From assembly GCA_964247055.1 (NCBI GenBank), contig OZ176053.1, forward strand, positions 1,488,001 through 1,552,000: 64,000 bases of DNA, written 5' to 3'. The stretch's first letter is position 1, and each line of letters starts with the position of its first letter. Below, in pieces: positions 47,141 to 57,888 of this stretch. The notes under the pieces are model-generated. The model searched no databases. It was not told the origin of the DNA and saw nothing but the letters and a program-made list of their open reading frames with translations. The stretch is from Paragordius varius (Eukaryota > Animalia > Nematomorpha). The translations under genes were made by a program, and so were the position numbers.

Positions 47141-48253
47141 TCAATAAATATGGAATGTGGTAGACTCAAAAACCAACAGTATGATAATTAGGTATTTGGG
47201 TGTACTCGTTAATTGTTTCGCTGATGTCGTAATGATAGGCAAAGTTTCGATACAAAAGCACAATAGGTAGAGGACTAAATAAAGCGCATAGTACCGATTA
47301 ATTTTGCCCCATAAAAGTTTGACAAATGTCTCGATGGGTAATTTATTGGAATTTAATTTATTGGTGATGTTGGTGCAAGATTTCACAGGTTCATTCATAT
47401 TTTTATACGTTACTATGGTTGATAGGACATAGTCAGGGTCTCCACCATCCGCAAGGAATGAGTTTATAGAACATCTATTCTTGCGCCAATATATGATAGC
47501 TATGGTAAGGAGTAATCCAACATACACCCCTAAGCAAACGTAATTGAAAAGACTGATGAGATTCGTGAGGTATTTCCAAACGCGACTAGCATTGGAAGAT
47601 GGTATAAAATACATGGGACCAGCTATCATAAAACCCAGGGATAAACATATCACTATGTAGGGCCATACACTAAAATTGTAGGAACACACCGGATACCGGA
47701 CAGCATAAAGAATATCTATAAGCAGGGGGATTCTCATCAAATCTACGCAATAGTTGGTTAGGAATATGACAAATAAAATTTGTTCCCATATACGTTTCTG
47801 TTTTTTGACATCGCTTGCATTTATGATGCCTAGTTTATGCGAGTCGCCATAGAGCGTCGCAAAGATGAGTAGGGACAAATAAACACAATCCGTAATACAT
47901 ATGATTTTGAAGGTTAGTATTCGATTCCTCCAATTTTTAGCGTCCTCTCGACTTCCCCTGGTCCTATTATGGTGATTGATTTTATTGTTCCCCTTTGCCA
48001 GGTCTGATTTTATGGTCAGACCATTCTGTAAATGACTGATACATTTTTGCATTGTGTGACCGACGTGGGCGACATGTTTGTTATAGTTATAGCGGTGATA
48101 TAGCCGGCGAAGCAATGGTTGAAAATATAATTTAACAATGAATAGGGTGTAGAAAAAAAGGGCAATAGTTTTAAGCCAAACATCCATTTGGCGAATGTGG
48201 AAATCCTTTCTCTCTTTGGGGCGCCCAACATTTGAAGGTCCTGATATATTCAT
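47141..48253 (-). CDS. Intronless orphan multi-pass membrane protein, 7TM GPCR-like, 370 aa
   Basis: A 370-codon ATG-initiated ORF in a roughly 75-80% AT background, with seven hydrophobic segments. IDILYAVRYP follows TM3 (DRY-x-AV-xx-P-like) and HIY ends TM7. N-glycosylation sequons fall at the N-terminus and in predicted ECL1 and ECL2. Confidence 0.65.
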   Translation of the reverse strand: MNISGPSNVGRPKERKDFHIRQMDVWLKTIALFFYTLFIVKLYFQPLLRRLYHRYNYNKHVAHVGHTMQKCISHLQNGLTIKSDLAKGNNKINHHNRTRGSREDAKNWRNRILTFKIICITDCVYLSLLIFATLYGDSHKLGIINASDVKKQKRIWEQILFVIFLTNYCVDLMRIPLLIDILYAVRYPVCSYNFSVWPYIVICLSLGFMIAGPMYFIPSSNASRVWKYLTNLISLFNYVCLGVYVGLLLTIAIIYWRKNRCSINSFLADGGDPDYVLSTIVTYKNMNEPVKSCTNITNKLNSNKLPIETFVKLLWGKINRYYALYLVLYLLCFCIETLPIITTSAKQLTSTPKYLIIILLVFESTTFHIY

Positions 48254-49231
48254 TAATATACAATATCAGTTTTCGTATTTTTTGACTGCCATTATATATC
48301 TTCAAATAACGTGAATAAAATCCAAAATCTTTAGTGTTTGCGTGATAATTGCTTAACATTAATTATTTCATTACTACTAAAAAGCATGTATAAAGTCCAT
48401 TTTTGAATAATATTATATTATATGCTAGTAATTAATTTATAATACTGTATGATTAAAAAACTAATAAAAAATTCACACAAAAATCCTCTAAATAATTTAT
48501 TAGGTGTTAATGCTATAGTATTTTTTATAAACTATAATATTGTTTCGGGCCATTGAAAATTAATATATAAAACGTTTTTAGCCCGAATAATTATAAGTGC
48601 ATTTTTGAATATTAGGGAGTATTTTTAAATCTATTAATTATGAGAAGAGTTAAGTGTAATGTAAGTTTAAAATATAGAAAAGAGCTTAAAATGGGAAAAG
48701 TCAATTATAAAGACAAGTTATACACCAAATAGTTTTTATTCGAGCATTTTATATATGTGTCGATAAAAACTGTTAATTCTGCCGTGGCTCAAACGATTTT
48801 TTATGGTTGAGCCCATAGATGTAAATTTGGTTATATATCCATACGCACATCACAAAATCATTGTTTTATCTTTAAAATTTAATGGAGCTGTGATTGGGTT
48901 TTTCAACAATTTGCGGTTAAAAATACCTATGTTCATTACTGATATAAATGGTCGTATCGATATAACCCCGATAAATCGTTTCACTAATTATGGTAAATAA
49001 AATTTTCAACTCATATTCGAAGTTTGATCTACTTTATGCGATTATTGGTATATAATTTTTATTTTATAACTTCGAGATGTAGACTCCTTGCGGGTTAATT
49101 GCGCTTAAATGAATTTATAAATTTTTTGTCATTTAGAGAGCTTGGGCCCAACCGCAAATTATCTACACTTAATTACTTATGGTGAGCTTTAATATTAAGC
49201 ACTAATTTTTGGTATAATTATATTTTAAATA

Positions 49232-49435
49232 CAGTCATGTGTCCTTTTTTTATCAAAAATTTATATTCTTACGTTAAATGGGTAATATTTGTAAAGAATG
49301 GAAAAAAAAGAGCTCTATGGTATTAACAATATCATATTCATTAAAAAAGTATAAGAATTACCATAGAGCTCTTGTTTTTTCTTACCCATTTAACGAAAAA
49401 AATAAATTTTTGATAAAATAAAGGATACATGACTG
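49232..49435. mobile_element. Palindromic MITE family G
   Basis: TA|CAGTCATGTGTCCTTT...AAAGGATACATGACTG|TA, with arms pairing up to AGAGCTCTATGGTA / TACCATAGAGCTCT. Confidence 0.85.
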
Positions 49436-49899
49436 TAAGAAAAACTTTTGACGAATGTCAGTATTTGGTAAATCAAATTAGAACAAATCTGCCTACCAAT
49501 AAAACATTAAAAAAATACAAATACCTAAAATTAATTTTAAAATTAATATATTGCTCTAATTTGATTATGTAAAACATTTAATTAAAACAATCTCTCTTTA
49601 TGTCATAATCTTAAAGACATTTACTGATTCTGTTAGTTTTCTAATACGAAAGCAAGGCGTAATATACTTGTAAAAAAACAAATTATTTAAAAGCTTAGTG
49701 TAATAAAAGATAAAAATAGACTAGTTTCGCTCAAAATAAAGTGCCATTTTCAATAAAAAAAATTTACAAATATCAAGCAATTAAAAAGTATGTGTGTGTG
49801 TGAGAATGTAATTCACATGTAAAAACTATTTTTAACACATTTTTACAACTGGGTTTTAAAATGTACCCATCCTCTCTACTAAATTTGTGCTATTTTTAA

Positions 49900-50750
49900 A
49901 AATTTAATTGATATCCTAAAAATTCTATCCTTGTAATGATTATTAGCGATACAATCTATATTATTAAAATTATTTGCGTGTCCATAGTCCAAAGCATGTT
50001 CAGCAATGGAACTATTTTTTATGTATGCATTTTTCAGACAAGTTCGGTGTTCCTTTATTCGCGTAATAATTTTTCTACCTGTTCAAACATTAAAGCACTT
50101 TTCTCATTCACAATAAACTTTGTAAATACTAGGCTGATTAATTTTATTTTATTAAATTTTTTTATCTTTTTACCGGGTCAAAAACCCGTTTTGATATTGA
50201 ATTTACTTAAAAGTTTTGATATTTTACTGGTTAATTAAGGAATATGGGGTAAAGAAATAAGTTTGCAAATATCTTTTTTTACAGTTTTTTTGCATATATA
50301 ATGTTCTTTTCTAAATTTTTACTTCTCCTGTTTTATATCCATTAGTTAAAATTGTTTTAACACAAAAATCAAGATATTCTTGTTTAAACATGTAATGTGT
50401 TAGTTTATCCCTACGATTATATAGATTGGTAATTAAATTATCTTTTTGCAATGGATGATGGAAGGAATCTTTATCTAAGTAAAGATTTAAATGAATGCTC
50501 TTTTGATGAATAAATTTAATATGTTCATCGTTTCTACGTAAAATGGTGTTACTTTTATTACAACCATTATTAAAGTTAAAATTTTTTCTAAAGATATTAG
50601 AGTCCCAGATAAAAAATAGCGTGTACATATCTAAAATTAAATACCGGTTTAATATGATAATTCAACAAATATTTACAGTCAAATCCATATAAAAGTCGGC
50701 TAAAATAGGTGATATCAGTAAACCCATTGGAAGTCCGTCAACTTTTTTAT
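49900..50750 (-). mobile_element. Penelope-like retroelement remnant (RT C-terminal half plus GIY-YIG endonuclease)
   Basis: VDGLPMGLLISPILADFYMD, FRYVHAIF (YVDD-like), YLDKDSFHHPLQK...TNGY, then SIYKVYC...TGRKIITRIKEH...SSIAEHALDYGH. Contains stops and frameshifts. Confidence 0.8.
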
Positions 50751-51037
50751 AAAATTGTTCATTAAATTTAAAATTATTATTATTAAAACAAAAGTTGAGT
50801 ATTTTTAAAATTTTAGGTTCGTTTATATATTGTTTTATCATCAGTTGATTCTTGTAACGGAATACTAGTGAAAAGACTTTCTATAAAAGAAATTAATATA
50901 TAATTTGTACTAATATAAAAAGATCTGATTTAAAAATTCAAAACTATTGTTTATATTTATTTTTTAGATTTATTTTCAATATGTCCCCTAAGAATTTAGA
51001 GATGTGTGATATGTGGACGATCCCGTTTTGAAGTTTA

Positions 51038-51330
51038 GGGTGGGGTGATAAAAAAGTCGCACTTGACTTTTAAGTCAAGTGTGGCAAGTGGAAGTTTACT
51101 TAAGCCACCAAATATACATTGACAATCGGTGATAAAAAAACACTTAAGTCAAGTCTTAATCTTATGAATGTACATTTTTTTGCCACCCAATTCGATTACG
51201 GAAATTATTATCATTATTATCCAAAATTTATGAAATAAGGCATAAAAAGCTATACAATCAATACAATATACATTTATAGAAGTTTAAATTCAATGGCACG
51301 TATCTTATTTAATATTATTTTTCTAAATAT
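51038..51330 (+). repeat. Fragment of the family J internal/terminal module
   Basis: Colinear similarity to 27263-27560 (GGGTGGGGTGATAAAAAAGTCGCACTTGACTT...CAATGGCACGTATCTT). Confidence 0.7.
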
Positions 51331-51371
51331 TGTTGGTATAGAATTAACTTCGTCATAATATATGTATAACA

Positions 51372-51800
51372 CAGTGTCCAAATAAAATCCACCAGTGATG
51401 AACAATTCGCGGAGCATCTGTCCTGTCATAAAATAACTAAAAAAATCGAACACATTCTCATTGCTCGTGGTTCCTCTAGCCGATTAAATATTGTGTGGTC
51501 TTGAGCGTGCATTGCCTTCATTAAAACCAATCGCTGCATGATTGACCTCAACGCTAACAGGAGTTGGTTTTTGTAAACCCTTTTTGTACTTAAACGTTCT
51601 AACATCGTTTATAAACTAGGGTTAGGAATGGCGCACGTCATAACCGTACATGTCCCCACACTGGCAATCTCAAATGTCGCTTTATTCAGCGTGCAGGCTT
51701 AGACCTATTCTGAATTTTTTTTTATATAAAATTGCCATTGGGATTCGACAAAATGGACATAGGGCATAGCTTCTTCCTTAAAATCCATTAAAAATATTCT
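51372..51800 (-). mobile_element. Possible highly degenerate Tc1/mariner 3' fragment
   Basis: A PAR...WGHV motif reminiscent of WPARSPDL..DFFLWG, and a CAGTGTCCAAATAAAA TIR-like end. No matching second TIR was found. Confidence 0.3.
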
Positions 51801-52799
51801 AAATGTCCTCTCTCACCGACGCTGTGAATCCACCAATACCTACATAACTTTCGACTAATAAATCACTTTAGAAATATATTTAATTTTAACTAATTATCCT
51901 GCCTTCTGAACTTGAAATTTTACCATAACACTAAATAATAATAAATCCGACATATTGAAAAAAGCGGATGTATTTTTTATCTAAAATATTTCCACTGTCA
52001 TTATGGGACAGAATTAATAAACGAACCAAATAAGTTATCAAAACATATTTTGTAAAATTTATTAATGTATAATTTAAACATAAAATTATATCTTTTTGTA
52101 AAAAAATACATAATCTGTCGCTTCTAAACAAACTGCAATTCACGCTTTTAGTGTACTCTCATTTATAATCTATTTCTGTTCCAGACGTAGCTTCGTAACT
52201 TGATTTGACTAAACTTTGGCCCTAATAACCTGTCATCACCTAATGTAAAATGTATATATAAATATATCTTTTTTCAATGTAGACATTTTTCGACGAAAAA
52301 AACGTACATGAAGATACACATTGAATTTTAAATTGCCATTTATATAATTTAATTTTGTTAAGTTATGTATGTATATGATAAAAAAGATATAATTACAATA
52401 ATTAAGATGGAAATATATATAGCGGAAGATTTTTGAAGTAATAATATCAATCTAAAAAATCATATTGTAAAATCGATTATTATTAATATAAATTATCGTT
52501 TTTGATTGCGAAATGAGAAATAGAGACGTAGATTGGGAAGAGCTACACGCCTTTCATTCATATAAATTTATATGGAAAAATCAAACAAAAAAATTACTAT
52601 ATATAAATTTAAGTTAACTTTTATTTATCTTTAAAATTAATTTTTAAATATCCAAATATTTCACTTTAAAAAGAAAGCTGGTAAATTAATTTCTCCATGT
52701 AGTCCTAAAAATATAATTTGAAAATTAAAAATTTTGGAAGGAAAGTGTATCAAAAATCCCATGGTGACGCTGTATTGTTAAAAAGAAATTGTGATCAGT

Positions 52800-54865
52800 C
52801 AAATGTAATAGATCTCGCATGAGGCATTAATTCTATTAGCAAAAATGATTTTTTAGCAAAGAGAAGAAATCAAGAAAATAAACAATTATATGGATTATTA
52901 TGACATTGTAAACCGTTTGAATCAATCGATAAGATATAGACCTATATTTCATTTCTGTTACCAGATTTAAACTACAGCTGGTTTTAAACGGCATTATAGG
53001 ATATATACTCAAGTATTCAGAACCATCTGTTACAATCATGTCATTGTCATGATTTCGAATCTATCACTTATTCATTCAGGATTTCAAAGTTGGGAGGAAG
53101 GTATTCTTTAATATTGACAACTATTAAATAATGGCATTTTGTCATGATACAATCTACTTTGAGATAAAATTAATAATATGGGGTTAAGTTCTTTTACTTT
53201 TTTTTCATAATACGCACCATTGTTTAAATGTCCTGACACGCATTTTGGTAGGGAATAAATTAAGATGCGTGCGAAACAAGTTCAAATCCACAAAGCGGAG
53301 CTCACCATATTTTATAAAAACTGTTGATTAATCATGTTATCTGTAACACATCCTAAAAGTAAAGCTCAATGTTTTTTAAATTGCGCTAGGAGACGCGTTA
53401 GAAACAACAACTTACAGTTTATAAGAAAAATTTTTATATTGGATATTGTAGGGTGAAAATTATTTTAAAGAAATTATGAAACTTTTGAAGATGCAGAACC
53501 ATTCTAGCTATTGTCCAAGTGTATTGATATTTTAAAACGTAGCAGCGAGGGTGTTTCATAATTAGAGAAATATTTGCCACGATGAAATTGAATTCTAAAA
53601 CATATAATAACGCGACTTTTTAATATATGCCGATCGAGAGCGAATACCAAGACCACTTACTTAAGCCAAAAATGAAGCACAACTCGAAGAATCATTTAAA
53701 AACGTTTGCCGTCATACATCAAAAATTATACCCAAATTTTTACCTAATTATTTTTTAGGAAAGACATTGACATAAAAGCAGGACTAAATACCTACCATCA
53801 AACCTTTGCCAGCAAGCAAGTTTGATGATTGTAATTTTTCCAAATAAAAAACATGATTGTAAAAAGGATTATTTTACCCGGAAATTTAACAATCTCACTC
53901 AGATCAAGACATGTAATAAATATGTTACCGATGATATTCTGACGCCATTCTCACTATTGTGCAAATGCTTGGCATTTTATTAGCAGGGTTAGTAGGGCTA
54001 TCATAACCAGACAAGTATTTGCCTAAAAGGTCAGGGGTTGAACACTCCAATGAAACCTTAAATCTAAAGCTGGCTGTAAGTTCCCCTAAAGCAGAAGTTT
54101 TTAACAGAATGATTCAAAATGGTAAGTAACTTGAAAGCCGAATCGACACGGAATATATTAATATTGTTTTTGAAAAAGGCATGCCTATGGCGCTCTTTTT
54201 ACGAAAACCAAAAATATGTTGTTTACCGCATCGGATGAGAGATTTAGAATTTAGGTCAAAACTTTTGTCATTTTTTATCTAAAAACTTTTCATTTCTAAT
54301 TCATTAATCTCAGCTGGTGAGAAATGGTAGGATAAAACAAAGTTTTTATAGCATCAAGTTTTTGCCATGAGAGGAGGCTAGAATTATGTATTTTATCTAC
54401 GATTTCCGTAGAAGGAACGGGATTAACGAAATTGAGACCTACGGGCTTACCAAGAAATTTAACAAACTTACCTTAACCAATTGAAGGGACAACAATTTCG
54501 TTATTCGTAAATATCGGAACAACAGGAGCAATAAATATATTATTGCACTTTTCTGCTTTGATTAAAAGACCAATGTCATTAATTAAGCTTTATAGAAGAT
54601 TTATATACCAACCTGGTGCCATTCAGAGGAATAGAACAATAAAGCAATGTCATCAGCATAAGCGAGAACATTCAGACCATAATTTTTAATAACTTGTAAT
54701 AATTATATGGAGCTTAAAAAAATGAATTGCAAAAATTACTTAGGACAAGGGAACATGGGTTTTCGTGAATAATAAGAAAATTTCAACGATGTGTTATCAT
54801 CATATGGAATAAACATTGGTTGATCTCGAAATGTCATTGTTTTTGAAGTCAATCGCTGACGCAAA
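52800..54865 (-). mobile_element. Degenerate RLE-clade non-LTR retrotransposon (NeSL/Utopia/R4-like), copy 1
   Basis: NVLAYADDIALL, IGLLIKAEKC, VKFLGKP, SWQKLDAIKTLFYP, FRVDSAFKLLT and KYLSGY. The 3' boundary is approximate. Confidence 0.7.
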
Positions 54866-54890
54866 ATATAATATATATATATATATATTA
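54866..54890. repeat. (TA)n microsatellite between the two RLE retroelement copies
   Basis: Directly visible. Other (TA)n tracts are at about 7073-7096, 8284-8304, 47105-47125 and 58535-58560. Confidence 0.8.
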
Positions 54891-54899
54891 ACTATTATG

Positions 54900-56200
54900 A
54901 TATAACTCCTGCTTTAAATTTCGTCCCATGCCTCATTTTTTCAATGTCTTTTCAGCGTTAAATCCAATTTTCATTTATTTACACCGATTCTTTTACTAAA
55001 TTTATTTCTGATATTCTGAGTTAACGCAGTCTATTCCATTCTTATCTGGCATTATAGAAGGGTGTTTGATTATTGGTCTCTTCCTATTTAATCTTTATAT
55101 TGATTCCGTGTTAAAATCTTAGGTTACGAATGGTCACAATGACCTGGCATACATTAATGACATTGTTTTAATGTCTAACTCTAAATCGTCTGAGCGTCAT
55201 CAAGGTGGATTTAACTTGTTGGAATGTCTTATTAATGATATTGGTCTTTCGATCAAAGCTGAGAAGTGCAATAATATTTCTATTGCTTCTTGTAGTCCTG
55301 TTTTTAAGATTGGTGAAGTTCCCTCAATCGGTCAAGGTGAGTTTGTTAAATTTCTTGGTAAGCCTGTAATAGGTCTCAACTTCGTTAATCCCGTTCCTTC
55401 TACGGAAATTGTGGATAAAATACATAGTTCTAGCTTCATCCAATGGCAAAGGCTAGAAAACTTTTTCCTATCCCACTATTTTTCATCAGTTGAGAAATAA
55501 TGAGTTTAAAATGGTTACAGGTGAATTTCTAGATAAAAAGCTAACTAAAGTTTTTAAAAAAACAGATTCTTAACCTTCCAAAAGATGCCACTAACAATTA
55601 TATTTTTGAGTCTCGTAATAAGGGCGCCTTAGGGATTGCCCCCATTTCGAAATGACATTAATATATATTTCATGTCGATACCGCCTTCAAATTACTTACT
55701 AGCTTGGATTCTTGTATAAGAGTTTCTACTCTCGAAGAACTTCTTAATGTTTCGGCTAGCTTACGTTTCAAGTAGATTCTATAATTCCCGATCAGTTAAT
55801 ACCTAACGGTTATGATAGCCTTAGTAATAATTATCAAAATATTTGGATAGTGAGAATGGCGTCAGAATCTCTAAAATTTTTCAGAGTTTAATTTTTCCCA
55901 GCCAATCACTGATTTTGTAAAATCTCCCAAGACAATCACTGAACTGTTGCTTCTAACCTTCGAACTTATATACAAAAGTTAAAAGATACTGAGTATAATT
56001 TTGCTCTGCAGTGTCTGATAATAAGATGGTAATTCACTACTTGTAAAACAATAATAATGATCTACGATTTAGGGAAGGAAATTTCATCGACCGAGCACAG
56101 GTCAATATTTTTCCTCAAGGAAAATGCATCTCAAGACGTCTGAACAATTGTGCCGTCACTCTGGTAAGAGCACATGGAAACTGTGAAAAATAATCTAAAT
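54900..56200 (+). mobile_element. Degenerate RLE-clade non-LTR retrotransposon, copy 2 (same family, opposite strand)
   Basis: GIIEGCL...FNLYID, LAYINDIVL, IGLSIKAEKC, VKFLGKP, FKLLT and FIDRAQVNI. Nucleotide similarity to 53900-54680 in reverse. Confidence 0.7.
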
Positions 56201-56989
56201 CTTTTCTAGTAAAAGACTGATCTTCACCGACTTTACTTCTTATAAAACTAACTAAACTATTTAATTTACCTAAATAAAGATAATTTGTAGATTATAATAA
56301 AATTTAAAGTATATAAACCATGATGAAGCATAATTACTGGTGATTAAATCAATTTTACAAATAGTTAAGAATAAAAGTAATAAAGAATATCCATAAAACT
56401 TTAATCATTATAAAAATAAAAAATAAAAAGAATAATAAAAATATACCGATCTCTCTATATTGGAAATATTCACATAATTCGTGATGATGAAAAATATCAA
56501 ATATGTGATTTATCAGCGAAGATGTTCTTCAATAAAAATTTGAAATAATATTGAGTAGTGTTTGTATAAATATTTACAAAATAATATTTTAATTTACAAT
56601 TAATTCTTCAATACATGTTAATTTTTTTGTAGACGATGTAATTTAGTTTTCCTGCCCAGAGCCAGTATTTAAATGTTTTTCTCTTCGGTTTATATTGTGG
56701 TAGTTAGTTACCCTTGGCATGCTTAATAATTTCAAAAATATGTAAAAATTCTAACTATGGCAAAAGTTAGCAATGACATTAAGAAACGGAAATATAATGA
56801 AAAATTTATTCAGAAATTCTTGATATTACTTATTCAAAGGTCAAAAACAACGGTAAAAAAAACGTGACATACCATGAGCCCGAAATTAAAATACAAAATA
56901 TACCACTTTATAACAATGTTAGAAGCAACTTTAATAAAAAAATAAACTTAATTTTGCTTAAAATAAAGCATGTTTACAAATAAATATAA

Positions 56990-57172
56990 ATAAAAAATGG
57001 TGTTTAAGTAGTTTGATACAAAACTTTTTTTCGAAAACAAAATTTTATTTTGATATTTTGGGTTATTTTTAAAATTTTATTAAAATGAAAGCATATTTTT
57101 TTCAGAATTTTGTAAAAATATCAATTAAATTATTTTCTGGGGTATTTAGATACCTAAATTTAAATCGAAGTG
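56990..57172 (+). repeat. Family H 3' fragment
   Basis: AAAAATGGTGTTTAAGTAGTTTGA...CTGGGGTATTTAGATACCTAAATTTAAATCGAAGTG matches the family H end. Confidence 0.55.
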
Positions 57173-57888
57173 TTTTTTTGACCCTCTTCTGAGATAAAAA
57201 ACCTATAATATGAGTTATAATCATGATCTGTTGAGGATAGTATATAAGATCTTCATTAGTACTTTTAGCATTGAATTAAATGTTATGGCGTATGATTAAA
57301 AAAATATTTTTAAATATATTATAAATGCTATTCTCAAATTTTTGCGGCTATTTTCCCCTTAAATTGCTAAGACTTATCAATTTTGTTCTAGTTTAAATTT
57401 TGGTGTAATTTTATATATCAGAGAACAATTTTGCAGACAGTTTTGTAAGTTGTATTGGTTAAAATATAATAACCAAACATTGTATCAGGACAAAGAAGAT
57501 TGTATTTTTTACAGTTATGTAAATTTAGAAAATTTGGACATCTACAAAGCACGATTACGAACAGCTGCTATTTGATTCAAAATACATCAAGTTTTTGCCC
57601 GTAAGATGTAACCTGGAAGCTTTTTAATTTGGCTGTAGCATGAGTAAAAAAATTATAAATAAATGGCTGCAAAAAAGTTTGAGATAAAATTTTTACAATT
57701 TTACATTTTTTAAAAAATGTTTTTTTTATAATGCGCTAATACGCTAAAAAAGCATATTTTAGGTTTGGCCTACCATATACTATTAAAAATAATCGCTGTG
57801 GAATATAAACCTTTTCCAAACAGTAATGAAGTTTTGAGTAAGCTTTTATTATAATATTATTCACCCCCACCCATAATTTATTTCATAC

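Noticed and set aside
48780-49150. 65-aa plus-strand ORF or possible upstream exon of the 7TM gene
   Set aside because: No motif and no convincing in-frame splice to the 7TM ORF, which already begins with ATG and a sequon.
57861-57875. CACCCCCACCC just upstream of the CTSZ ATG, resembling the family J terminus
   Set aside because: The match is too short and the adjacent J motifs are absent.
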